A stretch of DNA of 64,000 nucleotides from Candidatus Heimdallarchaeum endolithica (GTDB lineage: Archaea; Asgardarchaeota; Heimdallarchaeia; Heimdallarchaeales; Heimdallarchaeaceae), in the NCBI GenBank assembly GCA_021513715.1, contig CP084167.1, positions 1,184,001-1,248,000 on the forward strand. Direction: 5' to 3'. The translations under genes were made by a program, and so were the position numbers. Below are positions 29,818 to 39,136 of the stretch, in pieces (within the stretch, counting starts at the first letter, position 1; each line of letters starts with the position of its first letter). The notes beneath the pieces are model-generated. The model had not been told where the DNA came from and ran no database searches. It saw only the letters and a list, made by a program, of their open reading frames with translations.

Positions 29818-31111
29818 TATTTCTCAATTAACAAGTCATCTAAAGTACATTCCTAAAGATACAATTGATTTGATTAGCGAGTTTAATCAATTATTTTCAT
29901 CTTTCAAATCTCAAATAAAGAAGTTTATTCTAACTCAACCTACTTTTCTTCAAGAAATTAGAAATCAGATTAAATCGGAGATAGGTTTTCTTTCTCCACA
30001 GCAAAAAAATGTAGCTTTAGCTTTATATGGTATCATCATTACTGAAGATATTTTAAAGAAATATTCTCCGTCTCAATATGCAAATGACATTTCTTTCCTC
30101 CTTGAAGCTACTGAAAAGAAAAACAAATGCACAGATGATGAATTTATTGGAATTGTGACAAGCTACATCAATTGTCTAAAAGTAGCTCAAACTTCAACTA
30201 ATGCTGTTATTAATAGTTTTATAGAACTAAAAGGTATAGGGCTTGATGACGAAATAATTATTGGAATATTAATCAGGAGATATTACTATTATATTTTCAC
30301 TGAAATTAATGAAATGTTTGAGATTGCAGAATTTCCTATTGACATTAGATGGATAACATCTTTACTTGCTTATTCATTGGATACTGCTATTCAAAAAACA
30401 AAACGACAAACTTCTACAAAATCTATTTCTAGTATTTATCGCAAAATATTAAATGAATATCCTCCTTGTGATGGCCCGAAATATATTTTTGATTTAATAT
30501 ATGAGTTTGTGATTAAAGGATATTATGATCTATTGAATAGAACATTTAAACAAAGAGCAGAACTAAAGAAAATAGAAAAAGGACTTATTTCAAAGGAAGA
30601 TAGCTTAAAAAAAGCAGATAGAGCAAAAACGATATCTAAAGAAGAAACAAAAAGAAAAATAGAGCACCTTATTACAGTTATTGAAAAAACTATTTCTGAA
30701 ACTTTGAAATTTAACAGAGATTTTGATGAAAGAAAACGTCAAATTTTAGAAGCTAATATTGAAACATCTTTAAAGAGATTGGCTTTAGATGAATTTGGTG
30801 TTCAAGACATAGCTGATGAAGAAAAATATATGACCTATTTATTAGAAAGTTGGTTCAACTTGTTTTTAGATTGGCCTCAAATGGTAATTCCAATTATTAA
30901 TCTTACTGCCTATTCACATTTCCTAAATGATCCTGTAAACTATATTAAGAAGCACAAAGATGAAATCGAAAGACAGCTTCAATTTAGAATAAGAAGACAA
31001 GTAGGTGGAGAAAGGATGAATGCCAAGAATTTATCTGAAGCTTTCTCTAGATTACTCTATGAGATTCTTAATAATTCTTCTGTTAAAACTCTATCAATTG
31101 AGAAAAATTAA
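29810..31111 (+). CDS. Hypothetical helical protein
   Basis: 433-aa ORF overlapping the upstream gene; SD GAGGAGG. Confidence 0.7.
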   Translation: MSNISQLTSHLKYIPKDTIDLISEFNQLFSSFKSQIKKFILTQPTFLQEIRNQIKSEIGFLSPQQKNVALALYGIIITEDILKKYSPSQYANDISFLLEATEKKNKCTDDEFIGIVTSYINCLKVAQTSTNAVINSFIELKGIGLDDEIIIGILIRRYYYYIFTEINEMFEIAEFPIDIRWITSLLAYSLDTAIQKTKRQTSTKSISSIYRKILNEYPPCDGPKYIFDLIYEFVIKGYYDLLNRTFKQRAELKKIEKGLISKEDSLKKADRAKTISKEETKRKIEHLITVIEKTISETLKFNRDFDERKRQILEANIETSLKRLALDEFGVQDIADEEKYMTYLLESWFNLFLDWPQMVIPIINLTAYSHFLNDPVNYIKKHKDEIERQLQFRIRRQVGGERMNAKNLSEAFSRLLYEILNNSSVKTLSIEKN

Positions 31112-31132
31112 ATTAAATTAAATTTAATTAAA

Positions 31133-32239
31133 TTATATTTTTTCTTCAGATATTGCTAATTCTCTAATTTTCTTTTGTAACACATTAATACCTATACCAT
31201 TTTCTTTAGGTACTGATAGCTCTCCGTTAAAGTCTAGTTTGAAGATAGGGTCAATTATATACTCTGTGAAGTATCTTTCACTCTCGCTTATATCATTGGG
31301 TAAAGTGAAATTTTTCATACTTGCCACTGCAACATTTTTTGCTCTTCCAATCCCTGTTTCTAGCATCCCACCAACCCATAAGGGAACTTTATATTCTTCA
31401 GCCAATTTATGAATTTCTAAAGTTTCATTTATTCCTCCCACGCGTGAAGGTTTAACATTGATTATTCTAGTAGCGTCCATTTCTATAGCATGTTTAGCGT
31501 CGTCAAAGCTTTTTATTGACTCGTCCAGACATATGGGAGTAGATATCATTTTTTGCAATTTAGAATGCTCTACTATATCTTTATAATGCAAAGGCTGTTC
31601 GATCATCATTAAATCATATTTATCCAATTTTTTGAATATTTCAGCATCTTTCAAACTATATGCTGCATTAGCATCTACCATTAAACCTAAATCAGGAAAC
31701 TGTTCTCTTATTTGTTTTACAATTTCCACATCCCAACCAGGTTCTATCTTGATTTTTACACGTTTGTATTTTTTTCTGATTGCATATTCTATTTTTTGAA
31801 GTAAAAGTGAAAAATCATTTTCAATCCCTAAGCTAATTCCAGAAGGGATTTTATTTTTCACCCCTCCTAGAAGTTGAGAAAGAGATTTACCTTTAATTTT
31901 ACCATATAAATCCCACAAAGCATCTTCTACACAAGCTTTGGCCATTGGGTTTCCACGTATTTTTGAAACTATAGACGTAAAATCTTTTGGATGCTCTATT
32001 TCCTTTTCTCCTTTCAACCATGGACCAATAAATTTCTTGATTATATACGTAACTGAATTATTTGTTTCTGGAGAATACCAAGGACCTGTATCAGTTACGC
32101 TTTCACCCCATCCACTTTGATCTCCTGACTGAAGTTTAGTTAAAACAATTTCTCTTGTTTTTTGGACACCAAAACTTGTTCTAAAAGGTCTTTTCAAATT
32201 CATAATTATTGTATAAATGGTGATAGAGTCTATTTTCAT
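31133..32239 (-). CDS. menC: o-succinylbenzoate synthase / N-succinylamino acid racemase (enolase superfamily)
   Basis: PFRTSFG, KIK, VDANAAY, IEQP, ICLDESI, NVKPSRVGG and GGMLETGIGRA motifs. Confidence 0.9.
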   Translation of the reverse strand: MKIDSITIYTIIMNLKRPFRTSFGVQKTREIVLTKLQSGDQSGWGESVTDTGPWYSPETNNSVTYIIKKFIGPWLKGEKEIEHPKDFTSIVSKIRGNPMAKACVEDALWDLYGKIKGKSLSQLLGGVKNKIPSGISLGIENDFSLLLQKIEYAIRKKYKRVKIKIEPGWDVEIVKQIREQFPDLGLMVDANAAYSLKDAEIFKKLDKYDLMMIEQPLHYKDIVEHSKLQKMISTPICLDESIKSFDDAKHAIEMDATRIINVKPSRVGGINETLEIHKLAEEYKVPLWVGGMLETGIGRAKNVAVASMKNFTLPNDISESERYFTEYIIDPIFKLDFNGELSVPKENGIGINVLQKKIRELAISEEKI

Positions 32240-32307
32240 TTCAAGATAACACTCTATCTTGTTTTATAACAATTATGATTTACTTTTTTACAAACATCTC
32301 TTTTAAG

Positions 32308-32360
32308 TGTCGATAAAAAACATAGACAGTCCTTGAAAATGTCGATAAAAAATATCGACA
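32308..32360. promoter_or_regulatory. Two tandem 21-bp palindromic operator-like sites
   Basis: TGTCGATA-N5-TATCGACA (perfect, 32340-32360) and TGTCGATA-N5-CATAGACA (32308-32328), 32 bp apart. Confidence 0.6.
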
Positions 32361-32372
32361 TTTCTCTGAAAA

Positions 32373-33215
32373 TTAAAGTTCAAAATTTTTTTGCAAGACA
32401 TAATAAGTCTCTATTTCCTCTGGATTCTTCATTACATAGAGATCCACAATAGTATAATTTTTCTTCAAGTAATGTTGGAAAACTTTTCTTGTCTTCATTC
32501 TCCATTCTATTGCTAAAGAGTTATTTTCTTTCTTTATTTCATTAATGTTTGGGGGTATTCTTACAAACAGCAAATCTTTGCTAATATTTAGTTTTAAATC
32601 AGTAGGATGTAAAAAATTGTCTTTTCTTTCAGCAGATAAAACTAAATTTGCAGATTTCAATGAGCTAGAATAATCATCAAACTTACTTTGAAGTCTATCT
32701 TCCACTCTTCTACTTTCTATATACCAGTTTACATAGAATCTATCTGTCGGTAACCCTATATTCTCTGCATCATGCATTTCGCCCCAGTAATTCTCCTTAT
32801 AAGTGTTACATACTGCCCCTAACTTGTGAAGATTTAGAAACGCATTCTTACTTTGTAAAGGATCAAAAGTCCAGTTAATTAATTTAAATTCCTTTTTTAT
32901 AGCCCATTTTCTCTGCTCTATCTTTAACTTAAAACCTAAACCTAGATTCTGGTAAGCTTTTTTTACTGCATTGTGATGAGAGTAAATAAAAAAGCCGTAT
33001 TCAGGAAGATTACCTACCCATCCCCACACATAACCTATGAGTTCATTTTTATCATAAGCACCAATGAGAACAGCGCCACTCCTTTTAGTTGCTTTGAATA
33101 ATCTCCTTGGAACTAATTCTAGATCAGGCATACCCCAAGCTTCTCTCTCAATATTCTCTATTTTGCTAAAACTTTCTTCATCTTCTATCTCTTTGAAAAT
33201 GATTTCACTAGACAT
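32373..33215 (-). CDS. GNAT acyltransferase (D-amino acid N-succinyltransferase-like)
   Basis: YSH..AV, GLGFKLK..QR, WTFDPLQ..NA..N..KLG and PTDRF motifs; adjacent to the NSAR/OSBS gene. Confidence 0.85.
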   Translation of the reverse strand: MSSEIIFKEIEDEESFSKIENIEREAWGMPDLELVPRRLFKATKRSGAVLIGAYDKNELIGYVWGWVGNLPEYGFFIYSHHNAVKKAYQNLGLGFKLKIEQRKWAIKKEFKLINWTFDPLQSKNAFLNLHKLGAVCNTYKENYWGEMHDAENIGLPTDRFYVNWYIESRRVEDRLQSKFDDYSSSLKSANLVLSAERKDNFLHPTDLKLNISKDLLFVRIPPNINEIKKENNSLAIEWRMKTRKVFQHYLKKNYTIVDLYVMKNPEEIETYYVLQKNFEL

Positions 33216-33267
33216 AAAATCAAATTAAAAATAATAGAAGAGGATATAAACGTTTACGAAAAGGATA

Positions 33268-34257
33268 TTAAGGTATGAGTCCCCAGAAAAAGGATTCTAA
33301 AAGCTTTGTTTTGAACTCTTTAGTAGTAGAGTAACTTGAGGAGAAGAAAGCTACATTTTCAAGAATATCTTGCAAATTGTTGAAAAATTCACCATACTCT
33401 TCACTTAGTTTTTCAATATCGACATAATAACGGATTAAAACACCTATTTTTTTCAAGTTTTTTTTCTTAATTAATGAATCTTTGAGTGATGTATATTTCT
33501 CTTTCATAATGTCTAGCATCAATAGAAGAACTTCTTGCTCATTTGCAATATCACTATCAAGCTCTTCTAAAGGAATAATTGAAAATTGGAAGGTTTTAGT
33601 TTTTATTATTCCAATCTCATTCTCAAATTTAACAAAAGAAAAAGGTAACGTTAAGAGGAAAGAAGCAAATGAGTTTTTTATTTTTTCTACTTCCTTTTTA
33701 GAATAAACTAAAGCTATTTTTTTAACTTTGGTTTTAAATAACCCTTTACTAATAAGTTCTTTCAATTCTTGAGCAAGGAGATTTGCCTGTGATACACTTA
33801 ATAATTCTTTTACTATACCTTCATATTCGTTAACGATACTCGTTAATAGTTTTTCATCTACTTGATCTATTGATTTAATGTTATGAAACTTATATATTAA
33901 TAATTTAGCAAACTCTTCTCTAAAATCATCTATCTTACTTACTATTTCAGGAACAAGACAAAGCAACAATCCTATTGTTTTCTTTTTCATTCTTTTATCT
34001 TGCATTGTAGGATCATCAACTAAGAAGGAGAAAGCATATTGGACAAAACCTTCAGAAAAAGCAAAAGGAAATGGTCCATATAATTCAGAACAAATCTCTT
34101 CTAGATCAACTACTCCTTGAAAAACAAGTGAATAAGTCATAGCTCCAGAAAACTCAAATTTGTCTATTATTTCTCCTTCAAATTGTGTCTCTTCTGATGA
34201 TACCATTTGAGTTAATGCAGGACCTATATCTTCTAATTTAAACAATGCTATAAGCAT
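33268..34257 (-). CDS. Hypothetical protein: longin/uDENN-like N-terminus plus degenerate GTPase-like C-terminus
   Basis: F....GP start, LYGPFP, AFSFLV.D....D.R; the C-terminal strand pattern resembles a Ras fold without G-box residues. Confidence 0.45.
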   Translation of the reverse strand: MLIALFKLEDIGPALTQMVSSEETQFEGEIIDKFEFSGAMTYSLVFQGVVDLEEICSELYGPFPFAFSEGFVQYAFSFLVDDPTMQDKRMKKKTIGLLLCLVPEIVSKIDDFREEFAKLLIYKFHNIKSIDQVDEKLLTSIVNEYEGIVKELLSVSQANLLAQELKELISKGLFKTKVKKIALVYSKKEVEKIKNSFASFLLTLPFSFVKFENEIGIIKTKTFQFSIIPLEELDSDIANEQEVLLLMLDIMKEKYTSLKDSLIKKKNLKKIGVLIRYYVDIEKLSEEYGEFFNNLQDILENVAFFSSSYSTTKEFKTKLLESFFWGLIP

Positions 34258-34277
34258 AATTATAACTATTTGAAAAA

Positions 34278-34357
34278 GAGTATTAAAACTTTACAGTACT
34301 TTGAAAAAAAGGAAAATGAGTATTAAAACTTTACAGTACTTTGAAAAAAAGGAAAAT
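34278..34357. repeat. Exact 40-bp tandem duplication
   Basis: GAGTATTAAAACTTTACAGTACTTTGAAAAAAAGGAAAAT x2. Confidence 0.95.
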
Positions 34358-34377
34358 GAGAGAAATTATTAAACGAA

Positions 34378-35400
34378 CTACTTTTTCTTTTTAATTAATA
34401 ACCATGAAGCTAATGAAAGTAACATAAGAGAGAAAAATGCACTGATGAACGGAAATGAAGTACTCTCCGTGAAATTTTCTGGATTTTGAAGTGTATAAAT
34501 ATCATATTCAATTAATGAAATGTAGGAAGTTAATCCAAAAGCAGGTAACAATGGAGATAGCGAAGCAATTTTTGCTCCTGTTTCACTCACAATCTGGCTT
34601 ATTACATTTGCATCAAATTGAGGTTGAACAACTATAGTTTTCACATTTTCTTCTTTCATCTCATTTATTACATTCTGTATATGCTCTGGACTAGGCTCGG
34701 TTTCATGTTGTTCTTCAATTATTGCAACTCTTTCAATACCTAAAAGGTCAAAAAGATACATAAAAGAGGGGTGATGTACAACAACTTTCAGTCCTTCAAC
34801 TTCAGGCTTGTATTCATCATTTATTCTTTTTATTAAGTCATCAAGATCATACAGATAGTTATCTCTATTAGAAAGGTATTTTTCTTCATTTTCAGGGTCT
34901 AAGGAAATAATTGTTGTAGTAATGTTTTTCACAAAACTTTTAGCATATATTGGGCTCATCCACACATGAGGGTTAAGAAAACTTTCATCTGCTGCTGGAT
35001 CTTCTTCCATTATACTCTCATTAGCTAACGTTATAACAACCAAATCAAGATTATCCTCTAATATTGAATCCATAGCAGAGGAGAGCCAAGATTCTAATCC
35101 TTCTATTCCTAAACGTATAAGAACATCTGCTTCTGAAATTAATTCTCTCTCTTGGGTAGTCATTTCATAAGTGTGAGGATCTTCTAGACCAGAAACAATA
35201 GAGATAGGAGTGAATAAACCTTTACCAATTTCGTAAGCCCAATTTTGTAATATACCTATTGTTGTAACGACATTTAAGGTGTCACTTGGGTTAAATTCTT
35301 GTTTTGGCAATGCTAAAGCAAGATTCCTCTCTGTATTAAGATTTGCAAACATTAATGCTGTGAAGATTAAGAAAAAAGCCATTATTCTTTTTTTATTCAT
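34378..35400 (-). CDS. znuA: Zn/Mn ABC transporter substrate-binding protein
   Basis: DPHTYE, NPHVW, HPSF.Y and EPSP motifs; signal peptide and C-terminal TM anchor. Confidence 0.9.
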   Translation of the reverse strand: MNKKRIMAFFLIFTALMFANLNTERNLALALPKQEFNPSDTLNVVTTIGILQNWAYEIGKGLFTPISIVSGLEDPHTYEMTTQERELISEADVLIRLGIEGLESWLSSAMDSILEDNLDLVVITLANESIMEEDPAADESFLNPHVWMSPIYAKSFVKNITTTIISLDPENEEKYLSNRDNYLYDLDDLIKRINDEYKPEVEGLKVVVHHPSFMYLFDLLGIERVAIIEEQHETEPSPEHIQNVINEMKEENVKTIVVQPQFDANVISQIVSETGAKIASLSPLLPAFGLTSYISLIEYDIYTLQNPENFTESTSFPFISAFFSLMLLSLASWLLIKKKK

Positions 35401-35412
35401 TTGATTTCCTCC

Positions 35413-35434
35413 TATTTACGACTCTTCGTAAATA
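35413..35434. promoter_or_regulatory. Palindromic operator, probably for the DtxR/MntR regulator
   Basis: Perfect TATTTACGA-CTCT-TCGTAAATA in the 65-bp divergent intergenic region, next to TTTATAAA. Confidence 0.65.
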
Positions 35435-35465
35435 TTTCAATAAAACAAAATTTATAAACTTTACT

Positions 35466-35942
35466 TTGTTTCAATTTATTGAGAAGGTGATAAATTTGAT
35501 CTTAGAGAATGATCAGCAAGTGGAAATTTCAATTAATGAAAAAATTATTTTAGATTTTCTCTATCGTTGGATACGTCCTATCCGCGTTGGAGACTTAAAA
35601 AATTATCTAAACGTAAAACATTCCACTCTTAACTCACAACTTCAAAATTTGGAAGAAAAACATTTGATTAAATGGAAAAGATATGGAAGTGTAGAACTTA
35701 CAGAAAAAGGAAAGAAATATTCTTCACATTTAACTCGCCATCACAGGATTTTAGAATTGTTTCTTGTTGAAACTCTTGCTATTTCTGTTTTAGAAGCTCA
35801 CAAGATAAGTACAGAAATAACTCCTGTTGCGAGTTGTAAATTTATTCACTATATTGTGCAAAAATTTGGCGAACATGATAAATGTCCTTGTGGAAATGAA
35901 ATCCCCCAGATCGAAGGGGAATGTTCAATTGGAGGGATATAA
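35466..35942 (+). CDS. DtxR/MntR family metal-dependent repressor
   Basis: HTH, LTEKG, RHHRILE.FL and CPCGNEIP motifs. Confidence 0.9.
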   Translation: MFQFIEKVINLILENDQQVEISINEKIILDFLYRWIRPIRVGDLKNYLNVKHSTLNSQLQNLEEKHLIKWKRYGSVELTEKGKKYSSHLTRHHRILELFLVETLAISVLEAHKISTEITPVASCKFIHYIVQKFGEHDKCPCGNEIPQIEGECSIGGI

Positions 35943-36965
35943 ATGGGTTCGTTTCTTGATTTTTTTTATGCATTAGCAAATTATAGTTGGATGCAGAGGG
36001 CTTTTTATACAGCCTTAATTGTAGGAATTGTTGGTGGTATTATTGGAGTTTTTATTCTATTGAAAGGAATGGTTTTTTTAGGTCAAGCGATTGCTCATAC
36101 TGCTTTTGCTGGTGCTGCACTCGCCATATTACTAGGAATTGAACCTTTATACATTATCATAGTTTTTGGAGTTATTGCAGCATTGGGTGTAGGTTATGTT
36201 AATGAAAAGAAAGTAATGAAAGAGGATATAATTATTGGGGTAATATTCACTTTTTTCATGGCTTTAGCTATAATATTTATCACTCTAAACAAGAAATACA
36301 GTACTGACGTTAATGCTATCTTGTTTGGTAACATTTTATTGGTTTCAAAGCTTAACTTCATTGTTCTACTTATAACATTAGGTATTGTTGGAATTTTGAT
36401 TCTTGGTCTAAAGAAAGAATATTATCTCATAACATTTAACTCTGAAATAGCTACAGTCTCAGGAGTACCAGTAAAATTATTAGATTACCTTTTACTTGTT
36501 CTACTAGCTTTAACAATCGATGTATCTCTAAAAGCCATCGGGGCGATTTTAGTTTTCGCTATGATTGTCACACCTGCTGCAGCTGCTTATCAATGGACTT
36601 TTAAGATTAACAAAATGCTTTTACTCTCTTCAATAATCGGAGTGATTTCTAGTATTGGAGGACTTTTTCTATCTTATCTCTTAAATTTGTCCAGTGGTGC
36701 TACTATAGTTAGCTTATCCACTTTAATTTTCCTTTTTTCCTTTCTAGTTTCGCCAAAACGTATCAAAACAGGTTTTACTACAGCAGAATGCAAATTCTGT
36801 AGACATGTAATCAACGGTGAAAGTTATTGTTTAGATGAACCAGAGTGTAGAGCTCTAGATATACCTCATTACCATGATGATAAAGGAATAATTATTCTGA
36901 AAAAGGACATTAGACCTCTTTCTACTCTAACAAGACACAAACATGATAAAAAGGAGGAAAAATAG
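35943..36965 (+). CDS. znuB: Zn/Mn ABC transporter permease with Cys/His-rich C-terminal extension
   Basis: AIAHTAFAG, LFGNIL and GAILV..M.V.PAAAA motifs. Confidence 0.9.
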   Translation: MGSFLDFFYALANYSWMQRAFYTALIVGIVGGIIGVFILLKGMVFLGQAIAHTAFAGAALAILLGIEPLYIIIVFGVIAALGVGYVNEKKVMKEDIIIGVIFTFFMALAIIFITLNKKYSTDVNAILFGNILLVSKLNFIVLLITLGIVGILILGLKKEYYLITFNSEIATVSGVPVKLLDYLLLVLLALTIDVSLKAIGAILVFAMIVTPAAAAYQWTFKINKMLLLSSIIGVISSIGGLFLSYLLNLSSGATIVSLSTLIFLFSFLVSPKRIKTGFTTAECKFCRHVINGESYCLDEPECRALDIPHYHDDKGIIILKKDIRPLSTLTRHKHDKKEEK

Positions 36966-37733
36966 ATGCAGCTTAAACAGGAGTCTAATAAAATTTTAAG
37001 TAAAGATCATCCTGAGGTAATTGTCTGTCTCAAAGATGTCTCTGTTGCTTATGGTAAAAATATAGCTTTATACAAAATTAACTTAGATATAGAAAAAGGT
37101 GATTTTATAGGAATTGTTGGCCCCAATGGAAGTGGAAAAACTACTTTACTAAAAACTGTTCTTGGTTTAATTAAACCTATCCAAGGAAACATTAATCTAT
37201 TCAATCAGCAAATCAGTGGTAAAATACCAAGAGAGATTAAAAACAAAATAAGCTATATTCCTCAATTTACTCCTTTTGATAAGAACTTTCCTGCATTAGT
37301 TGAAGATGTTGTTATGATGGGAAGATATAGCAAAATAGGGATGTTTAGGATGCCTAATAAGGAAGATAAGGAAAAGGTAAAACAGTCATTAAAACTTGTT
37401 AAAATGGACAACATGGCGCATAGACCTATAGGTCACCTGAGTGGAGGTCAACAACAAAAAGTTATGATAGCTCAAGCTCTTGCCACTTCCCCCTCTATTC
37501 TCTTACTTGATGAGCCCACATCAGCTTTAGACTTTAAAATGACTAAAAACGTGATGGATATTCTTAAACAACTTAATGAAAGATATGGAATTACAATTGT
37601 AACAATTCATCATAATTTAAGGATAATCAAGAGCTATACTAAACGAGTGATTGCTATTAACAAAACTCTTGTTTATGATGGTTCACCTAATGACGCCTTA
37701 TTTGACGAGATAATAGAAGAGATGTACATTTAA
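36966..37733 (+). CDS. znuC: Zn/Mn ABC transporter ATP-binding protein
   Basis: GPNGSGKT, YIPQ, LSGGQQQ and LLDEP motifs. Confidence 0.92.
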   Translation: MQLKQESNKILSKDHPEVIVCLKDVSVAYGKNIALYKINLDIEKGDFIGIVGPNGSGKTTLLKTVLGLIKPIQGNINLFNQQISGKIPREIKNKISYIPQFTPFDKNFPALVEDVVMMGRYSKIGMFRMPNKEDKEKVKQSLKLVKMDNMAHRPIGHLSGGQQQKVMIAQALATSPSILLLDEPTSALDFKMTKNVMDILKQLNERYGITIVTIHHNLRIIKSYTKRVIAINKTLVYDGSPNDALFDEIIEEMYI

Positions 37734-37750
37734 CCCTTTTTCTTTATTTT

Positions 37751-37860
37751 TAGTACTTCCGCAATAAGTTGACCGATTTCTATAGGTTAAAATTATAGGC
37801 GTTCATACTATCATTGGCGTGTTCTCAATTCATACTTTTTGAGATAATTCGGAAGTACTA
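37751..37860. mobile_element. Candidate MITE (110 bp)
   Basis: Perfect 11-bp inverted ends TAGTACTTCCG / CGGAAGTACTA in an AT-rich intergenic region. Confidence 0.5.
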
Positions 37861-37929
37861 TATTTTTCAAAAATATTTATATTCCACCACCTAATAGTTA
37901 TCAAATATCTCTAAAAACAGATACAAAAA

Positions 37930-38070
37930 ATGATTGCAATGGATAGTGGATTTATTGCTTTATTAATTATCATTGTGATTAGCGGATCATTACTAATTTA
38001 TGATCTATTTAGATTTTTTATTATAATAAAAAAAGAGATTACGAGAAAAAAAAATGTCCCAGAAAACTGA
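37930..38070 (+). CDS. Small single-TM protein (46 aa)
   Basis: Below the ORF-track cutoff: MIAMDSGFIALLIIIVISGSLLIYDLFRFFIIIKKEITRKKNVPEN; overlaps the nucS start. Confidence 0.5.
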   Translation: MIAMDSGFIALLIIIVISGSLLIYDLFRFFIIIKKEITRKKNVPEN

Positions 38071-38824
38071 ATTTCTTAAACCTATTTTATCAAGTGAATT
38101 GATAACCACCTTAAACGCAGCTATTGGCGAAAGAATGCTAATACTAGCAGGTAGTTGCACAGCTTTTTTTGATGGAAGAATAAAGTCAACTTTAGAATTA
38201 GGAGAAAGAATATTAATAATTAAAAAAGATTTATCCATTCTAATGCATGGAGTTTCAGGTGTAAAACCTTTAAATTGGCAAAAACCAAAACAAGGGCCAA
38301 TTTCATTCCTTAAAGAGAAAAATGAATTAGTTATGCATACAAAAAGGAAAAAAACAGAAGAAGAACTTTGGATCAGATTTCGCTCTATCGATTTTGTTAT
38401 TTTATGGGCAGGTAGTGATTTTTCTTCTTTAGAGATTTATGGAGATGAATCTGATCTTGTTAAATATCTAGTTGAACACCCTTCAATAATTGAAAAAGAT
38501 TTACAAATTCTTTCAACAGAATTTCCTACTGATGTAGGGTATGTTGATATTAAAGCTCTTGATAACAAAAAGAAACTACTCATAATTGAGGTAAAAAAGA
38601 GAAAAACTACTCCTTCAGATGCTTTTCAATTAAAAAGATACAAAGATTATTTCGAGAAAATAGAAAAAAAGAAAGTTCGAGCTATGCTTATTGCTCCTTC
38701 CTTTCCAGACAAGGTGAGAAAGTATTTAGAAAACAATGATTTAGAATCTAAAGAAATTGATTGGAAAACTATCTTTCCCACTATCTCTAGAGAGAAAAAT
38801 GTAAAAATTGATGATTTTTTTTAA
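38054..38824 (+). CDS. nucS: Mismatch-specific endonuclease NucS/EndoMS
   Basis: GR..STL..GER..IIK.D, P.NWQ, VDI, IEVK and QL.RY motifs. Confidence 0.93.
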   Translation: MSQKTEFLKPILSSELITTLNAAIGERMLILAGSCTAFFDGRIKSTLELGERILIIKKDLSILMHGVSGVKPLNWQKPKQGPISFLKEKNELVMHTKRKKTEEELWIRFRSIDFVILWAGSDFSSLEIYGDESDLVKYLVEHPSIIEKDLQILSTEFPTDVGYVDIKALDNKKKLLIIEVKKRKTTPSDAFQLKRYKDYFEKIEKKKVRAMLIAPSFPDKVRKYLENNDLESKEIDWKTIFPTISREKNVKIDDFF

Positions 38825-38827
38825 TCT

Positions 38828-39136
38828 TTATTCTCCTATGCATTCAGCTTCAGGAATAATTATCCAAGCAATTATATAGGCTATGAATAATGAAGTCCCA
38901 CTTGCAAAGAAAAGCAATATAGCAAGTAATCTAACTAAAGAAACATCTAAGTTTGAGTAAACAGCAAGTCCAGAGCACACTCCGCCTAGAACTTTATCAT
39001 TAGCACACCTAAACAACTTATGCTGTTGAGAATAAACTGAAGCTGGAACTTCTTGTTGTACTTCAAATTGACGACCACACTTTTGGCAAAACAATGCCCC
39101 TGGAGGGTTTTCTGTCCCACATTGTTCACAAATCAC
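38828..39136 (-). CDS. Zinc-ribbon plus PspC domain protein
   Basis: C..CG..N...A.FC..CG followed by KLFR...DKVLGGVCSGLA and AYIIAWIIIP. Confidence 0.9.
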   Translation of the reverse strand: MICEQCGTENPPGALFCQKCGRQFEVQQEVPASVYSQQHKLFRCANDKVLGGVCSGLAVYSNLDVSLVRLLAILLFFASGTSLFIAYIIAWIIIPEAECIGE

